A DNA stretch of 64,000 nucleotides from assembly GCA_964610305.1 (NCBI GenBank), contig CAZSVL010000001.1, positions 6,083 through 70,082 of the forward strand. Reading direction: 5' to 3'. A program made the translations under genes and the position numbers. The DNA comes from an uncultured Gammaproteobacteria bacterium. Its GTDB lineage: Bacteria; Patescibacteriota; Patescibacteriia; Magasanikbacterales; JBBTXJ01. The notes beneath the pieces are model-generated. The model was not told the origin of the DNA, did no database searches, and worked only from the letters and a program-made list of their open reading frames with translations. Of the stretch, positions 26,230 through 36,258 are shown one piece after another (position 1 is the first letter of the stretch; the number at the start of each line of letters is the position of its first letter).

Positions 26230-27678
26230 ATGTTCGAACAATCATTTAAAAATATTGATAACGCGCTCCGTAAAGACGCGGGGGTGAGCAGTGAGCTTGA
26301 TTATGTGGAGCAAACCTCATGGGTTTTGTTTTTGAAATATCTTGATGATTTGGAGCGGGACAAGGAGAAAGAGGCTGCGCTTGCTGGGAAGACGTATGAG
26401 TATATTATTGATCCAAAGTATAGGTGGGAGGCGTGGGCTGTGCCAAAGACGGCTGATGGCAAGTTGGATCATAATACCGCGCTCTCTGGGGATGATCTTA
26501 AGGACTTTGTGGATCATGAGTTGTTTCCGTATTTAAAAAAGTTCAAAAGTGAGGCAGAAAGTCCGGATACCATTGAATACAAAATCGGGGAGATTTTTAG
26601 TGAGCTTAAGAATAAAATACAAAGCGGGTATACGTTGCGTAGCATTTTGGATATTGTTGACGGCATGCGTTTCCGATCGCAAGAGGAAAAGCATGAGCTC
26701 TCTCATCTCTACGAGGGCAAAATCAAGAACATGGGCAATGCTGGCAGAAACGGTGGGGAATACTACACGCCGCGTCCGCTTATTAAGACGATTGTCAAAG
26801 TTGTTGCTCCAGAGATTGGCAACACAATTTATGATGGTGCTGTTGGCTCAGCGGGTTTTTTGGTGGAAGCGTTTGAGTATTTGAAAGAAAGCAAAGATCT
26901 TTCAGTTAAAGATTTTGAAACACTTCAGAAAAAAACTTTTTACGGCAAAGAAAAGAAATCGCTTGCGTATATCATCGGCATCATGAATATGATTTTGCAC
27001 GGCATTGAGGCGCCGAACATTATCCACACAAACACACTTGCAGAAAACATCGCTGATTTTCAAGAAAAAGATCGATACGATATTGTCCTTGCTAATCCGC
27101 CGTTTGGAGGAAAAGAGCGCAAAGAGGTGCAGCAGAATTTTCCAATCAAAACCGGCGAGACTGCTTTTCTGTTCCTCCAACATTTCATAAAAATCCTCAA
27201 AGCTGGAGGTCGGGGTGGTGTGGTTATAAAAAACACTTTCCTTTCCAATGCCGATAACGCCGCCATTTCACTCCGCAAAATGCTTCTAGAAAGCTGCAAA
27301 CTTCATACCGTTTTAGATTTGCCCGGCGGAACATTTTTGGGCGCCGGAGTAAAAACTGTTGTCCTTTTTTTCGAAAAAGGCACACCAACAAAAAAAATCT
27401 GGTACTACCAACTAAACCTCGATAGAAACCTAGGCAAAACAAACCCACTCAACGAAAAGGACCTTGCAGAATTTGTAGAACTACAAAAAACCAAAGCCGA
27501 CTCTGAAAATTCCTGGACTTTGGATGTGAAAGATATTGATCCGCGGATTTTTGATCTGTCAGTAAAGAATCCGAATGGTGGTGGGGAGATTGAGTTGAGA
27601 AGTCCAGAGGAGATTTTGGAGGAGATGAGGGGGTTGGATAAGGAGAGTAGTCGTATTTTTATCGATATTGAAGAATAG
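26230..27678 (+). CDS. hsdM: Type I R-M methyltransferase subunit
   Basis: GEYYTPRPLI, YDGAVGSAGFL, NPPFGG. Confidence 0.95.
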   Translation: MFEQSFKNIDNALRKDAGVSSELDYVEQTSWVLFLKYLDDLERDKEKEAALAGKTYEYIIDPKYRWEAWAVPKTADGKLDHNTALSGDDLKDFVDHELFPYLKKFKSEAESPDTIEYKIGEIFSELKNKIQSGYTLRSILDIVDGMRFRSQEEKHELSHLYEGKIKNMGNAGRNGGEYYTPRPLIKTIVKVVAPEIGNTIYDGAVGSAGFLVEAFEYLKESKDLSVKDFETLQKKTFYGKEKKSLAYIIGIMNMILHGIEAPNIIHTNTLAENIADFQEKDRYDIVLANPPFGGKERKEVQQNFPIKTGETAFLFLQHFIKILKAGGRGGVVIKNTFLSNADNAAISLRKMLLESCKLHTVLDLPGGTFLGAGVKTVVLFFEKGTPTKKIWYYQLNLDRNLGKTNPLNEKDLAEFVELQKTKADSENSWTLDVKDIDPRIFDLSVKNPNGGGEIELRSPEEILEEMRGLDKESSRIFIDIEE

Positions 27679-27684
27679 GATTTT

Positions 27685-28737
27685 ATGATTTCTGATTCCT
27701 CGCTAAAGGAGTTGCTGAGGCTCAAGAGAGGTGGATATTTATACCATCGTGAAAGTCAAACCTTGGAATTCAAAGAGTCGTTTAGTCTTAGTGCGTTAGC
27801 AGATTACTTTCGCGATTTTGCTGCTTTTGCAAATAACAAGGGTGGTTATTTGGTTTTTGGCGTTAAGGATAGTCCAAATACGCTCGTCGGGCTGACCCCT
27901 AAATCTCAAAAGCAATTTGAAAAAGTAGATCCGGAAAAAATTTCCGGGTACCTTCTAGATATTTTTTCTCCAAATATCGATTGGCTTCAGAGGTCTATTA
28001 AAATTGCCTCTAAGCATTACGGTGTTTTTTACATACACGAAGCTAAAGTTAAGCCCGTGATAGCCAAAAAAGATGAGGGTAAAGACCAGGTCATAAAAAA
28101 TGGGGAAGTATATTACCGGTATGGTGGGAGAACGCAGAAGATACAATTTGCCGAGTTGGAAAATATTATTCAGAAAAGGTTAGAGTCACAGACACAGCAG
28201 TGGCAGAATCTCATTTCTAAAATTGCCAAGGCGGGCCCTTCGAATGCCGCGGTACTCGATACCGAAAGAGGTTTGATAGAAAAAAGTGATACACAGGTTC
28301 TGCTAATGGATGACAAGCTTGCCAAGAAGATAAAATTTGTAAAGGAGGGTGAATTTAGCGGCAAGGAAGGTGATTTGGCGTTACGGCTGGTTGGCGATGT
28401 GCTGCCTGTGAATCCCGTTGAGATTACAAAAATCAAGAAACAAAGACTCACTGAGGAATATCCGTACTCAGCTTTAGAATTGGTCGAGGAAGTTAGAAAG
28501 AAGTTGTCCGGGGCAATGCAAGGTGATGTATGGAAAGTGATTGCGGAAAACAGCCTAAAAAGTAACACAGATTATTCTGCTTACAATTTTCGCAACAAAA
28601 GGCAAGAGGATAAGTTCAAGGAATCTGGAGAATTACCTAAATCAATTCCCAATATATATAATGATGATGCGGTTGATTTCATAGTAAAAGTTTTGAAAGA
28701 CAAAAAGAATGAAAATAGAGAAGAAACAAAAAAATAA
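27685..28737 (+). CDS. Schlafen/AlbA_2 domain protein inside the R-M operon
   Basis: ESQTLEFKES, AAFANNKGGYLVFGVKD, YYRYG. Confidence 0.85.
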   Translation: MISDSSLKELLRLKRGGYLYHRESQTLEFKESFSLSALADYFRDFAAFANNKGGYLVFGVKDSPNTLVGLTPKSQKQFEKVDPEKISGYLLDIFSPNIDWLQRSIKIASKHYGVFYIHEAKVKPVIAKKDEGKDQVIKNGEVYYRYGGRTQKIQFAELENIIQKRLESQTQQWQNLISKIAKAGPSNAAVLDTERGLIEKSDTQVLLMDDKLAKKIKFVKEGEFSGKEGDLALRLVGDVLPVNPVEITKIKKQRLTEEYPYSALELVEEVRKKLSGAMQGDVWKVIAENSLKSNTDYSAYNFRNKRQEDKFKESGELPKSIPNIYNDDAVDFIVKVLKDKKNENREETKK

Positions 28738-29842
28738 CTGGCAAACAAAAAAGCTTGGAGATGTGATCAAGTTAGAATACGGAAAGCCGCTCCCAAAATC
28801 TAAAAGGAGATTAGATGGTCTTTATCCAGTGTATGGCGCTAATGGAGTAAAAGCCAAAAGTGATGAGTATTATTTTTACAAACCGAGCATTATTGTTGGT
28901 AGAAAAGGTACGGCTGGAGCATTAACCTTGACAGAGGAAAGATTTTGGCCTCTAGATGTTACGTATTTCGTGACGTTTGATGAAAAAAAGTATGATTTGA
29001 AGTTTCTTTTTGGTCTTTTGAGCACACTGGATTTGCCGCGTTTTGCGAAGGGTGTGAAGCCTGGAATAAATAGAAATGATATCCACGCATTGAGCGTCAA
29101 AGTACCGACCCTCCCAGAACAAAAACGCATTGTAAAAATTCTTGATCAGACGTTTGAAAAAATAGAAAGAGCAAAAGAGAATACGCAAAAGAATCTACAA
29201 AATGCACGAGAGCTTTTTGAGTCATATTTACAGGAGGTTTTTGCAAATCCGGGGGAGGGTTGGGAAGAGAAACGGTTGGGCGCGGTGTATGATGTGCGTG
29301 ATGGGACGCATGCCTCACCAAAATATCACAAAGAAGGATATGCTCTGATTACTTCAAAAAATTTAAAGAATGATACTTTAAATTTTGATAAAATAAGATA
29401 TATTTCAGAAAAAGATTATTTGAAGATAAATGAAAGGAGTAAGGTTGATGTTGGGGACGTTTTGTTTGCCATGATTGGTACAATTGGTAATCCTGTTGTA
29501 ATTAAAGATGAGCCTAATTTTGCGATAAAGAATGTTGCTCTGTTTAAGGTTCCACAAGATCAGGATAGTTTTTTCTTAAAGTACTACCTGGATTCTAAAT
29601 TTGTGGGAGATAAAATGTCCAAGGAGGCAAAAGGAACTACACAAAAGTTCGTTGGGTTGGGGTATCTAAGAAATTTTGAAATTAAAATACCCAAGAAGCC
29701 AACACAGAAAACCATCGTCAATAAACTTGACTCTCTCTCAGAAAAAACCAAAAAACTAGAATCAATCTATCAAAAAAAGCTGGATAATTTGGAAGAGTTG
29801 AAGAAGTCTGTGCTCAAGAAGGCGTTTAGTGGGGAATTATGA
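28709..29842 (+). CDS. hsdS: Type I R-M specificity subunit
   Basis: Two TRDs with W..KKLG, P.LPEQKRIVKILD, LKKAFSGEL. Confidence 0.93.
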   Translation: MKIEKKQKNNWQTKKLGDVIKLEYGKPLPKSKRRLDGLYPVYGANGVKAKSDEYYFYKPSIIVGRKGTAGALTLTEERFWPLDVTYFVTFDEKKYDLKFLFGLLSTLDLPRFAKGVKPGINRNDIHALSVKVPTLPEQKRIVKILDQTFEKIERAKENTQKNLQNARELFESYLQEVFANPGEGWEEKRLGAVYDVRDGTHASPKYHKEGYALITSKNLKNDTLNFDKIRYISEKDYLKINERSKVDVGDVLFAMIGTIGNPVVIKDEPNFAIKNVALFKVPQDQDSFFLKYYLDSKFVGDKMSKEAKGTTQKFVGLGYLRNFEIKIPKKPTQKTIVNKLDSLSEKTKKLESIYQKKLDNLEELKKSVLKKAFSGEL

Positions 29843-29860
29843 GAATTAATCTATAAATAT

Positions 29861-30037
29861 ATGAACCAAAATAAAACATGCCAGACTTGTGGGGTGGAAT
29901 TAAAGCACTCTAAATTCGCCAGAAGAACGAATGAGGGTCAGGATTTCGTGAGCGCACAAGAGAATCTTGCTTGCCGAAACTATCCAGAATGTCCAAGGGC
30001 AGAGAAAGAAACGGAAGGGGATATGGATTTTGATTGA
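29861..30037 (+). CDS. 58-aa C4 zinc-ribbon protein (topoisomerase-type), absent from the ORF track
   Basis: MNQNKTCQTCGVEL...LACRNYPECPRAEK...; open from ATG 29861 to TGA 30037. Confidence 0.7.
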   Translation: MNQNKTCQTCGVELKHSKFARRTNEGQDFVSAQENLACRNYPECPRAEKETEGDMDFD

Positions 30038-30072
30038 CAAAATCGTAGTTTTGTGCTAAGTTAAGGCGATTT

Positions 30073-32403
30073 ATGAACGAAGCCGAAACAAGAGCAGAAT
30101 ACACTGACCCCAAGCTAAAGGAGGCTGGCTGGGGTGAAATTGAAGGATCGAAAGTTTTTCGGGAGTTTTATATTACTGAAGGGCGGATTCAGGCTGGTGG
30201 GGGTCGTGCAAATCCGGAGAGGGCTGATTATGTTTTGGCATACAAAAATCAAAAGCTTGCGGTGATTGAGGCAAAGAGCGATGAGGAGGAGCCAACAGAG
30301 GGTGTGCAGCAGGCAAAGAGTCAGGCAGAGAAACTGCACTTGGATTATGCCTATTCAACAAACGGCAAAAAGATTTATGAGATTTCAATGGAGACGGGGA
30401 GAGAAGATTTTGTTGATTCGTTTCCTGGTCCGGAAGAGCTGTGGAATAGGATAAACGCAAAATCTAATGAGTGGAAAGAAAAGTTTTCTTCTGTGCCTTT
30501 TGAAAATGTGGGCGGCAGAATGGGTGCGCGGTATTATCAGGAAATTGCGGTGAATAAAACAATGGATGCAATTGCAGATGATAAAAAGCGAATACTCCTT
30601 ACGCTTGCAACGGGGACGGGAAAAACGTTTATTGCCTTTCAGATTGCGTGGAAGCTTTTTCATTCGAGATGGAATTTGAAACGCGATGGAAAGCGTCGGC
30701 CGCGGATTCTGTTTTTAGCTGATAGAAACATCTTGGCAGATCAGGCGTTTAATGCGTTTTTTGCTTTTCCAGAAGATGCTTTGGCGCGTATCAGCCCGCT
30801 GGATATTCGCAGACAAGGAGCGGTGCCCACAAACGCAAATATTTTTTTCACAATCTTTCAGACCTTCATGAGTGGGCCAAAGGGCACGCCGTACTTTGGC
30901 GATTATCCGTCTGATTTTTTCGATTTTATTGTTATTGATGAATGTCACCGTGGTGGCGCAAATGATGAATCAAACTGGCGTGCTATCATGGAGCATTTTT
31001 CTCCCGCAGTGCAACTTGGTCTTACAGCAACACCAAAGAGAAAGGATAACATCGATACATACAGATATTTTGGCGAGCCAGTGTATATTTATTCGCTCAA
31101 AGAGGGTATTAACGATGGCTTTTTAACGCCATTTAAGGTAAAGCGTGTTCAAACAACGATTGATAAGTATAGGTATGTGTCTGATGATCAAATTATTGAA
31201 GGAGAGATTGAGGAGGGGAAGCTTTATGAAGAGCCAGATTTTAATAGGATTATTGAGATTAAAGAGCGGGAAGCAAAGCGTGTGCGTGTTTTGTTGGATG
31301 AGATAGATCAGAATGAGAAGACCATTGTTTTTTGCGCCACGCAAGATCATGCGCTGGCAGTTCGTGATTTGATCAATCAGTATAAAGAGAGTAAACAACC
31401 AAACTATTGTGTGCGTGTGACAGCTAATGATGGCGTGCGTGGGGAACAGTATTTGCGAGAGTTTCAGGATAATGAAAAAACAATTCCAACGATTTTGACT
31501 ACATCACAAAAGCTGTCAACCGGAGTGGACGCGCGGAATGTGCGCAATATTGTTTTGATGCGGCCGGTTAATACCATGGTTGAGTTTAAACAGATTGTGG
31601 GGCGTGGAACGCGGCTTTTTGATGGTAAAGAATACTTTACTATTTTCGATTTTGTTGATGCGTATAAACATTTTTCTGATCCGGAATGGGATGGTGAGCC
31701 TATTGATGAGACTGCGGAGAAGAAGTATAAGAAGCCCAAAAAGGGTGCGGGAGAAGTAGCTGATCGTGCTGAACGAGAGTACGGCGAGGAGCAAGAGAAA
31801 AGAAAGAAAATCAAAATTAAATTGCGTGATGGGAAAGAGCGCGAAATTCAGCATATGATCTCCACGTCATTTTGGAGTGCAGACGGTACACCAATTTCTG
31901 CAGAGGAGTTTTTGCGCAACATGTACGGGGAGTTGACTGAGTTATTCAAAAATGAGGCGGAGCTGAGGAAGATTTGGTCTAACCCAACTACACGTAAGAC
32001 ATTTTTGGATCAGATTGCAGAGCATGGATACGGTAAAGATGTGCTAGAAACTTTGCAAAAAATGATTGACGCGCAAGAAAGTGATCTGTTTGATGTGCTG
32101 GCGTATGTTGCTTTTGCGATGCCGCCGATTACACGTGAGGAGCGCGTTGCCGGTTCTAAGAAGAAGATTTTTGATGGCGTGGATGAAAATCAGCAAGAAT
32201 TCTTAGAATTTGTTCTCGCTAAGTATATTGACGATGGTGTGACGGAGTTGGCTGAAGATAAGTTGCCGATTTTGTTAAATTTGAAATACCATGCAATCGC
32301 GGACGCTGAAAAAGAAATGGGTGGCGTTGAGCAAATTCGATCTACGTTTTTTACTTTTCAAAAGAAGTTGTACAAAAAGGCGCGATTGCGTCAAGTGGCT
32401 TAA
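30073..32403 (+). CDS. hsdR: Type I R-M restriction subunit (EcoAI/EcoEI-like)
   Basis: ADYVL...IEAK nuclease motif; ATGTGKT, DECHRG, LTATP, QIVGRGTR. Confidence 0.95.
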   Translation: MNEAETRAEYTDPKLKEAGWGEIEGSKVFREFYITEGRIQAGGGRANPERADYVLAYKNQKLAVIEAKSDEEEPTEGVQQAKSQAEKLHLDYAYSTNGKKIYEISMETGREDFVDSFPGPEELWNRINAKSNEWKEKFSSVPFENVGGRMGARYYQEIAVNKTMDAIADDKKRILLTLATGTGKTFIAFQIAWKLFHSRWNLKRDGKRRPRILFLADRNILADQAFNAFFAFPEDALARISPLDIRRQGAVPTNANIFFTIFQTFMSGPKGTPYFGDYPSDFFDFIVIDECHRGGANDESNWRAIMEHFSPAVQLGLTATPKRKDNIDTYRYFGEPVYIYSLKEGINDGFLTPFKVKRVQTTIDKYRYVSDDQIIEGEIEEGKLYEEPDFNRIIEIKEREAKRVRVLLDEIDQNEKTIVFCATQDHALAVRDLINQYKESKQPNYCVRVTANDGVRGEQYLREFQDNEKTIPTILTTSQKLSTGVDARNVRNIVLMRPVNTMVEFKQIVGRGTRLFDGKEYFTIFDFVDAYKHFSDPEWDGEPIDETAEKKYKKPKKGAGEVADRAEREYGEEQEKRKKIKIKLRDGKEREIQHMISTSFWSADGTPISAEEFLRNMYGELTELFKNEAELRKIWSNPTTRKTFLDQIAEHGYGKDVLETLQKMIDAQESDLFDVLAYVAFAMPPITREERVAGSKKKIFDGVDENQQEFLEFVLAKYIDDGVTELAEDKLPILLNLKYHAIADAEKEMGGVEQIRSTFFTFQKKLYKKARLRQVA

Positions 32404-32406
32404 AAT

Positions 32407-33099
32407 ATGAAAAACAAAGAAGGACTTTGGAAACTTTCGCCCAGCGGACTGTACGGATTCACCGAATGCAAATCCTGTTTTTGGGTAGATAATCACTACA
32501 GACGCGCGCCGTCTTTGCCTTGGCTTTTGAATAGCGCGATGGATAGTATTTTAAAGCATCGGTATGATAAGTATCGCAAGAAAAATACGTTTCCGCCGGA
32601 GGTTTTGGAGCTTGAGGAAGAGGGGATTATTCCGTTTGCGGATTTGGATACTTTGAATGAATGGCGTGAGAAGGTGAATGTTTTGCGTGTTGTAGATGAA
32701 AAAGCCAGTTATGAATTGCGCGGCAAAATAGATGATGTTTTGGTGGAAAAAGATGGTCGGCTTGTTCCGGCTGACTATAAATCTTCCGGAAACGCGCCAA
32801 AGGAGGATAAGCAGAAATATTATATAGATCAGCTGACGGCGTATGGTTTTATGTTTAAAAAACATGGCCATGAAGTTTCTGATCGCGCTTACTTGCTTCA
32901 TTATTTCCCGCGCGACAAAACCAACCCATCAACAAAAGTACAATTTGACGGCCACGTGGATTTTGTAAAGATAGATTTAAAAAGGTTTGAGAAAAAGTTA
33001 AAAGACATGGTGAAATTGCTTAATGGCGAATATCCCGGGCACAACCCTGAGTGCAACAAGTGCGCGTATTATGAGGGGCGTGGGGAGCGGGTGAAGTAG
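32407..33099 (+). CDS. PD-(D/E)XK nuclease (RecB/Cas4-like)
   Basis: LSPS, CKSC, GKIDD, DYKS, QLTAY, C-terminal CNKCAY. Confidence 0.85.
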   Translation: MKNKEGLWKLSPSGLYGFTECKSCFWVDNHYRRAPSLPWLLNSAMDSILKHRYDKYRKKNTFPPEVLELEEEGIIPFADLDTLNEWREKVNVLRVVDEKASYELRGKIDDVLVEKDGRLVPADYKSSGNAPKEDKQKYYIDQLTAYGFMFKKHGHEVSDRAYLLHYFPRDKTNPSTKVQFDGHVDFVKIDLKRFEKKLKDMVKLLNGEYPGHNPECNKCAYYEGRGERVK

Positions 33100-33120
33100 A
33101 TCAAAACACCAAGCTTTTCT

Positions 33121-33161
33121 TGAGATCCCGGATATTTTGCTTCACAAAATTCCGGGAGACA
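33121..33161 (-). repeat. REP-like palindrome
   Basis: TGAGATCCCGGATATTTTGCTTCACAAAATTCCGGGAGACA. Confidence 0.8.
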
Positions 33162-33202
33162 GGTGCGCTACGAATAAAAAAGCGGTCCGAAGACCGCTCA
33201 CT

Positions 33203-34141
33203 TTACTCAGGCCGCTTGTTTGCAGCCATAAATTCTGTAACTGTGGCTATTATGCCTGCAGACCCGACGGGGTTATTTTTTTCTAGCTCTGCAATGACAT
33301 TGCTTGCTCCGCGGTGGTCTCCTAGGCATAACAAGTACATGATCAGGGCTTGGTAGAACTCTACCATGGATGTTCTGTTTACAAAGGGTCGGCCGGCGTA
33401 GTCTAGGTATTCAAGAGGTTTGCCCATTTTGTCTGAAAATGATTCGTGATAATTGATCCGATTTGTGTACGTATAGGCGATGGTTCCAAGAGGATCACCA
33501 ATGTGCACTGGTGCCTGCAGATCCTCCCTGTATGCGGATATGGCCGATTCAACAAGGAACAGTCCGGCAAGCGCATCCAATAGTCTGATAATCATACGCT
33601 CTATGCTAATGCGTAGTGGTGGTTTTTCTGGCAACAGAGAAATGGTGTGGTCAATGCAGCTTATGTAGCAGTCAGTCAATCCGTTGTATGCATTGCGCAA
33701 ATCAGCAAGGGTGGAGTTGTGGGTGATACTGCCCGATGCAGCAGAAACCTCTAGATGTTGAGCGTCACGGCTCTGAAAGAAGGCTGTGCCTATGAGTCCT
33801 TCAACACTTCTTATGAACACGGCTTGTGTTTCTGTAAACAGGCGCAGGGCAAAAAGAGAATCTCTGCCAAGAGTGGCTCTTACGCTCTCTACGGCATCCC
33901 ACATTGCTTCTTTTTTTCTACTATCTGCCCTATCTCTGTGGAGTCCAAAGTGATGCAGTGTTTCATCTGGCGCAACCCTAAGCTGTTCAATAAGAAGCAT
34001 GGCCACGTTATATTCTGGCAGCGCTCGTCCAAGCATTTGCGCAATGCATATGTTCATCATCTGCACAGCTAGCCTTTCTGACCCTTCTGGCATAAGGACA
34101 CGCGGCTTTTCCTTAAGTATCCGGGAAAGTCTGTCTGACAT
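33203..34141 (-). CDS. Orphan hypothetical protein
   Basis: 312-aa ORF; SD AGGAGG; TTGACA-17-TACCAT promoter. Confidence 0.75.
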   Translation of the reverse strand: MSDRLSRILKEKPRVLMPEGSERLAVQMMNICIAQMLGRALPEYNVAMLLIEQLRVAPDETLHHFGLHRDRADSRKKEAMWDAVESVRATLGRDSLFALRLFTETQAVFIRSVEGLIGTAFFQSRDAQHLEVSAASGSITHNSTLADLRNAYNGLTDCYISCIDHTISLLPEKPPLRISIERMIIRLLDALAGLFLVESAISAYREDLQAPVHIGDPLGTIAYTYTNRINYHESFSDKMGKPLEYLDYAGRPFVNRTSMVEFYQALIMYLLCLGDHRGASNVIAELEKNNPVGSAGIIATVTEFMAANKRPE

Positions 34142-34241
34142 GATACCTCCTTTTGTTTGATGGTAGACAAAAAAGGTCGCTTTGTCAAGAGTATTGACAA
34201 AAGTGGTATAATCGCTCTAATCTGAGAAACAGAACTAGGGT

Positions 34242-34535
34242 ATGAAAAGAAAATTCAAAACCGATAAATACCGACGCGCGCGTGGGGGGTACTCTCGCGT
34301 GCTTGAGATTTCTTGCAGCGCCTGCGATAATGTAGTTTGTGAGTATCAAAAGGACGGTCCAGGGCCGCTAAAGCGAATGTATGTTGATAGGATGATGGGA
34401 ATACTAAGCACAAAACAATTGCAATGCGGACCATGCGATAATTTGTTGGGTGTTTTGTATGTTTACCAAAAAGAAAAGCGGCCGGCGTTCAGGATGGTTC
34501 CGGGAAGTTTTAGAAAGAGGATCGTGAAATTGTAA
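34242..34535 (+). CDS. Small zinc-binding hypothetical protein
   Basis: CSAC...YQKDGPGPLKRMYVDR...CGPC. Confidence 0.8.
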   Translation: MKRKFKTDKYRRARGGYSRVLEISCSACDNVVCEYQKDGPGPLKRMYVDRMMGILSTKQLQCGPCDNLLGVLYVYQKEKRPAFRMVPGSFRKRIVKL

Positions 34536-34544
34536 TTTCGGTAG

Positions 34545-35642
34545 ATGGTAAAAAGAAAATTTCAAAAACGCTACAACGCCACAAAAGCATGGCTGCAAAA
34601 ACATGAGCGCGTGCTCATACCCGCCACGCTGGTTTTTGGTGTGGTGGTGGATGCTATTACGTTTGCCACCATAGATGTGGTTCTGGCTTTTTCTCTTTTG
34701 ATTGGCCATGTGCTTTTGGTGGGGTGGGCTATTGCGTTTTTGCAAGGATATGACGCGCGTGTTTTCTCGCATAAAAGCCGCGTTTTTCAGTATGGCAGGC
34801 TAATTGTGCCGTATGTAATTCAGTTTAGTTTTGGTGCGCTGCTCTCTGCGGTGTTTATTTTTTATGTCTTCTCTGGCTCTATTTGGGTAAGCTGGCCTTT
34901 TGTACTTTTGGTGGTGGTTCTGATGATCTCAAACGATGTCTTTAGAAAATACTACATGCGTGCCACCATCCAAATGGGCCTCTACTTTTTTATTTTGTTT
35001 GCGCTAAGCTCTGTGATGCTTCCGTACGTGCTGCAAAAAATGGGCGCGTGGCTTTTTGTGTTTTCTGGCGTTTTTGCCATTGGTCTTATTTGGGGTTATA
35101 TAAAATGGCTCGCCGGATTTGTTCCTACCATTTCTTTTGGTATAAAACGATTTGAAAAGCCCATTATTACTATTTTTATCATCATGAACGCGCTGTATTT
35201 TCTTAATGTTATCCCGCCGGTGCCGCTCTCTTTGCGTGATTCTGTGGTAGCCCATAGTGTTGCAAGAAGCTCTGCGGGCTATTCGCTTCAGGTTGAAAAA
35301 CAATCGTTTTTTCAAAGATTTGTGCCGGGGCAGAGGATTTATCGCCAAGATGGCGAGCCTGTGGTAGTATACACGGCCATATTTGCTCCGGGTAGCTTGC
35401 GTGCTCGCGTTTATCATAACTGGCAGCATAAAGAAAATGGCGCTTGGGTTTCTAAGGGAAGATTCTCTTATACCGTTTTTGGTGGTCGGCAAGATGGCTT
35501 TAGAGGATACTCTCAAAAATCTACCTTAGATCCGGGAAGCTGGCGCGTAGATGTAGAGACAGAGCGTGGTCAGGTTATGGGGCGAGTGAGATTTTCAATA
35601 AAAGAAGGGGATTTTGGAGAACTTGAGACAATTATTAAGTAA
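34545..35642 (+). CDS. DUF2914 domain membrane protein
   Basis: Multiple TM helices then AIFAP, GGRQDGFRGYS, G.WRVDVET.RGQV.GR. Confidence 0.88.
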   Translation: MVKRKFQKRYNATKAWLQKHERVLIPATLVFGVVVDAITFATIDVVLAFSLLIGHVLLVGWAIAFLQGYDARVFSHKSRVFQYGRLIVPYVIQFSFGALLSAVFIFYVFSGSIWVSWPFVLLVVVLMISNDVFRKYYMRATIQMGLYFFILFALSSVMLPYVLQKMGAWLFVFSGVFAIGLIWGYIKWLAGFVPTISFGIKRFEKPIITIFIIMNALYFLNVIPPVPLSLRDSVVAHSVARSSAGYSLQVEKQSFFQRFVPGQRIYRQDGEPVVVYTAIFAPGSLRARVYHNWQHKENGAWVSKGRFSYTVFGGRQDGFRGYSQKSTLDPGSWRVDVETERGQVMGRVRFSIKEGDFGELETIIK

Positions 35643-35652
35643 ACTATTCTGT

Positions 35653-35724
35653 GAGATCCCGGATATTTTGCTCCGCAAAATTCCGGGATGACGTGGCGGA
35701 TGATTCCCAAAATTTCGGGATGAC
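35653..35724 (-). repeat. REP-like palindrome plus a degenerate tandem copy
   Basis: GAGATCCCGG...CCGGGATGACG followed by ...AATTTCGGGATGACA. Confidence 0.75.
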
Positions 35725-35735
35725 AAGATAAAAGT

Positions 35736-36230
35736 ATGCAATTACCAAAAAGAAAACCAGGAAAATATACGCAGAGGGATTTTGATCCGCATATTACGCA
35801 GGCTAAATTTGATGAGCTCTCAGAAAAGCTCGCAAAGCTGAGAAAAAAGAAAATGCCAGCAGCCGCAGAGGTAAGGCGAACCGCAGCAAACGGGGATTTT
35901 TCAGAAAACGCAGAATATCAACAGGCAAAGGGTAGGTTGCGCGGGATCAATCGGCGTATAGATATTTTAGATAATCAGTTAAAGCGTGCCGTAATCATAA
36001 AAAGCGGTGGTGGAGATTTGGTGGCGCTTGGCAGCACTGTAACAGTAGAGATAAACGGAAAAGAAAAAAAGATAACTATTTTAGGATCCTCAGAAACCGA
36101 TCCATCAAAAGGAATAGTCTCCCAGAGCTCTCCCATCGGCAGCTTGCTCATGGGTGCAAAAGTGGGGCAGACGCTGCATTTAGAAAGAGGGGATAAAAAA
36201 ATTGAGTATAGAGTTCTAAATATAGAATAA
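35736..36230 (+). CDS. greA: GreA/GreB family elongation factor
   Basis: GDFSENAEYQQAK, SPIGSLLMG. Confidence 0.88.
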   Translation: MQLPKRKPGKYTQRDFDPHITQAKFDELSEKLAKLRKKKMPAAAEVRRTAANGDFSENAEYQQAKGRLRGINRRIDILDNQLKRAVIIKSGGGDLVALGSTVTVEINGKEKKITILGSSETDPSKGIVSQSSPIGSLLMGAKVGQTLHLERGDKKIEYRVLNIE

Positions 36231-36258
36231 AAAGAGCGAGGACGAATCCTCGCATGTG

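Noticed and set aside
28519-28529. 11-nt match (CAAGGTGATGT) to the predicted target of unit 6; a similar 11-nt match for unit 8 at 36339-36349
   Set aside because: Only 11 of 18 nt match, which is compatible with chance in 64 kb.
32407-33099. Cas4 implying a CRISPR system (also 41909-42775)
   Set aside because: These are stand-alone PD-(D/E)XK nucleases with no cas1/cas2 or CRISPR repeats. A role in array spacer acquisition cannot be supported from this sequence.
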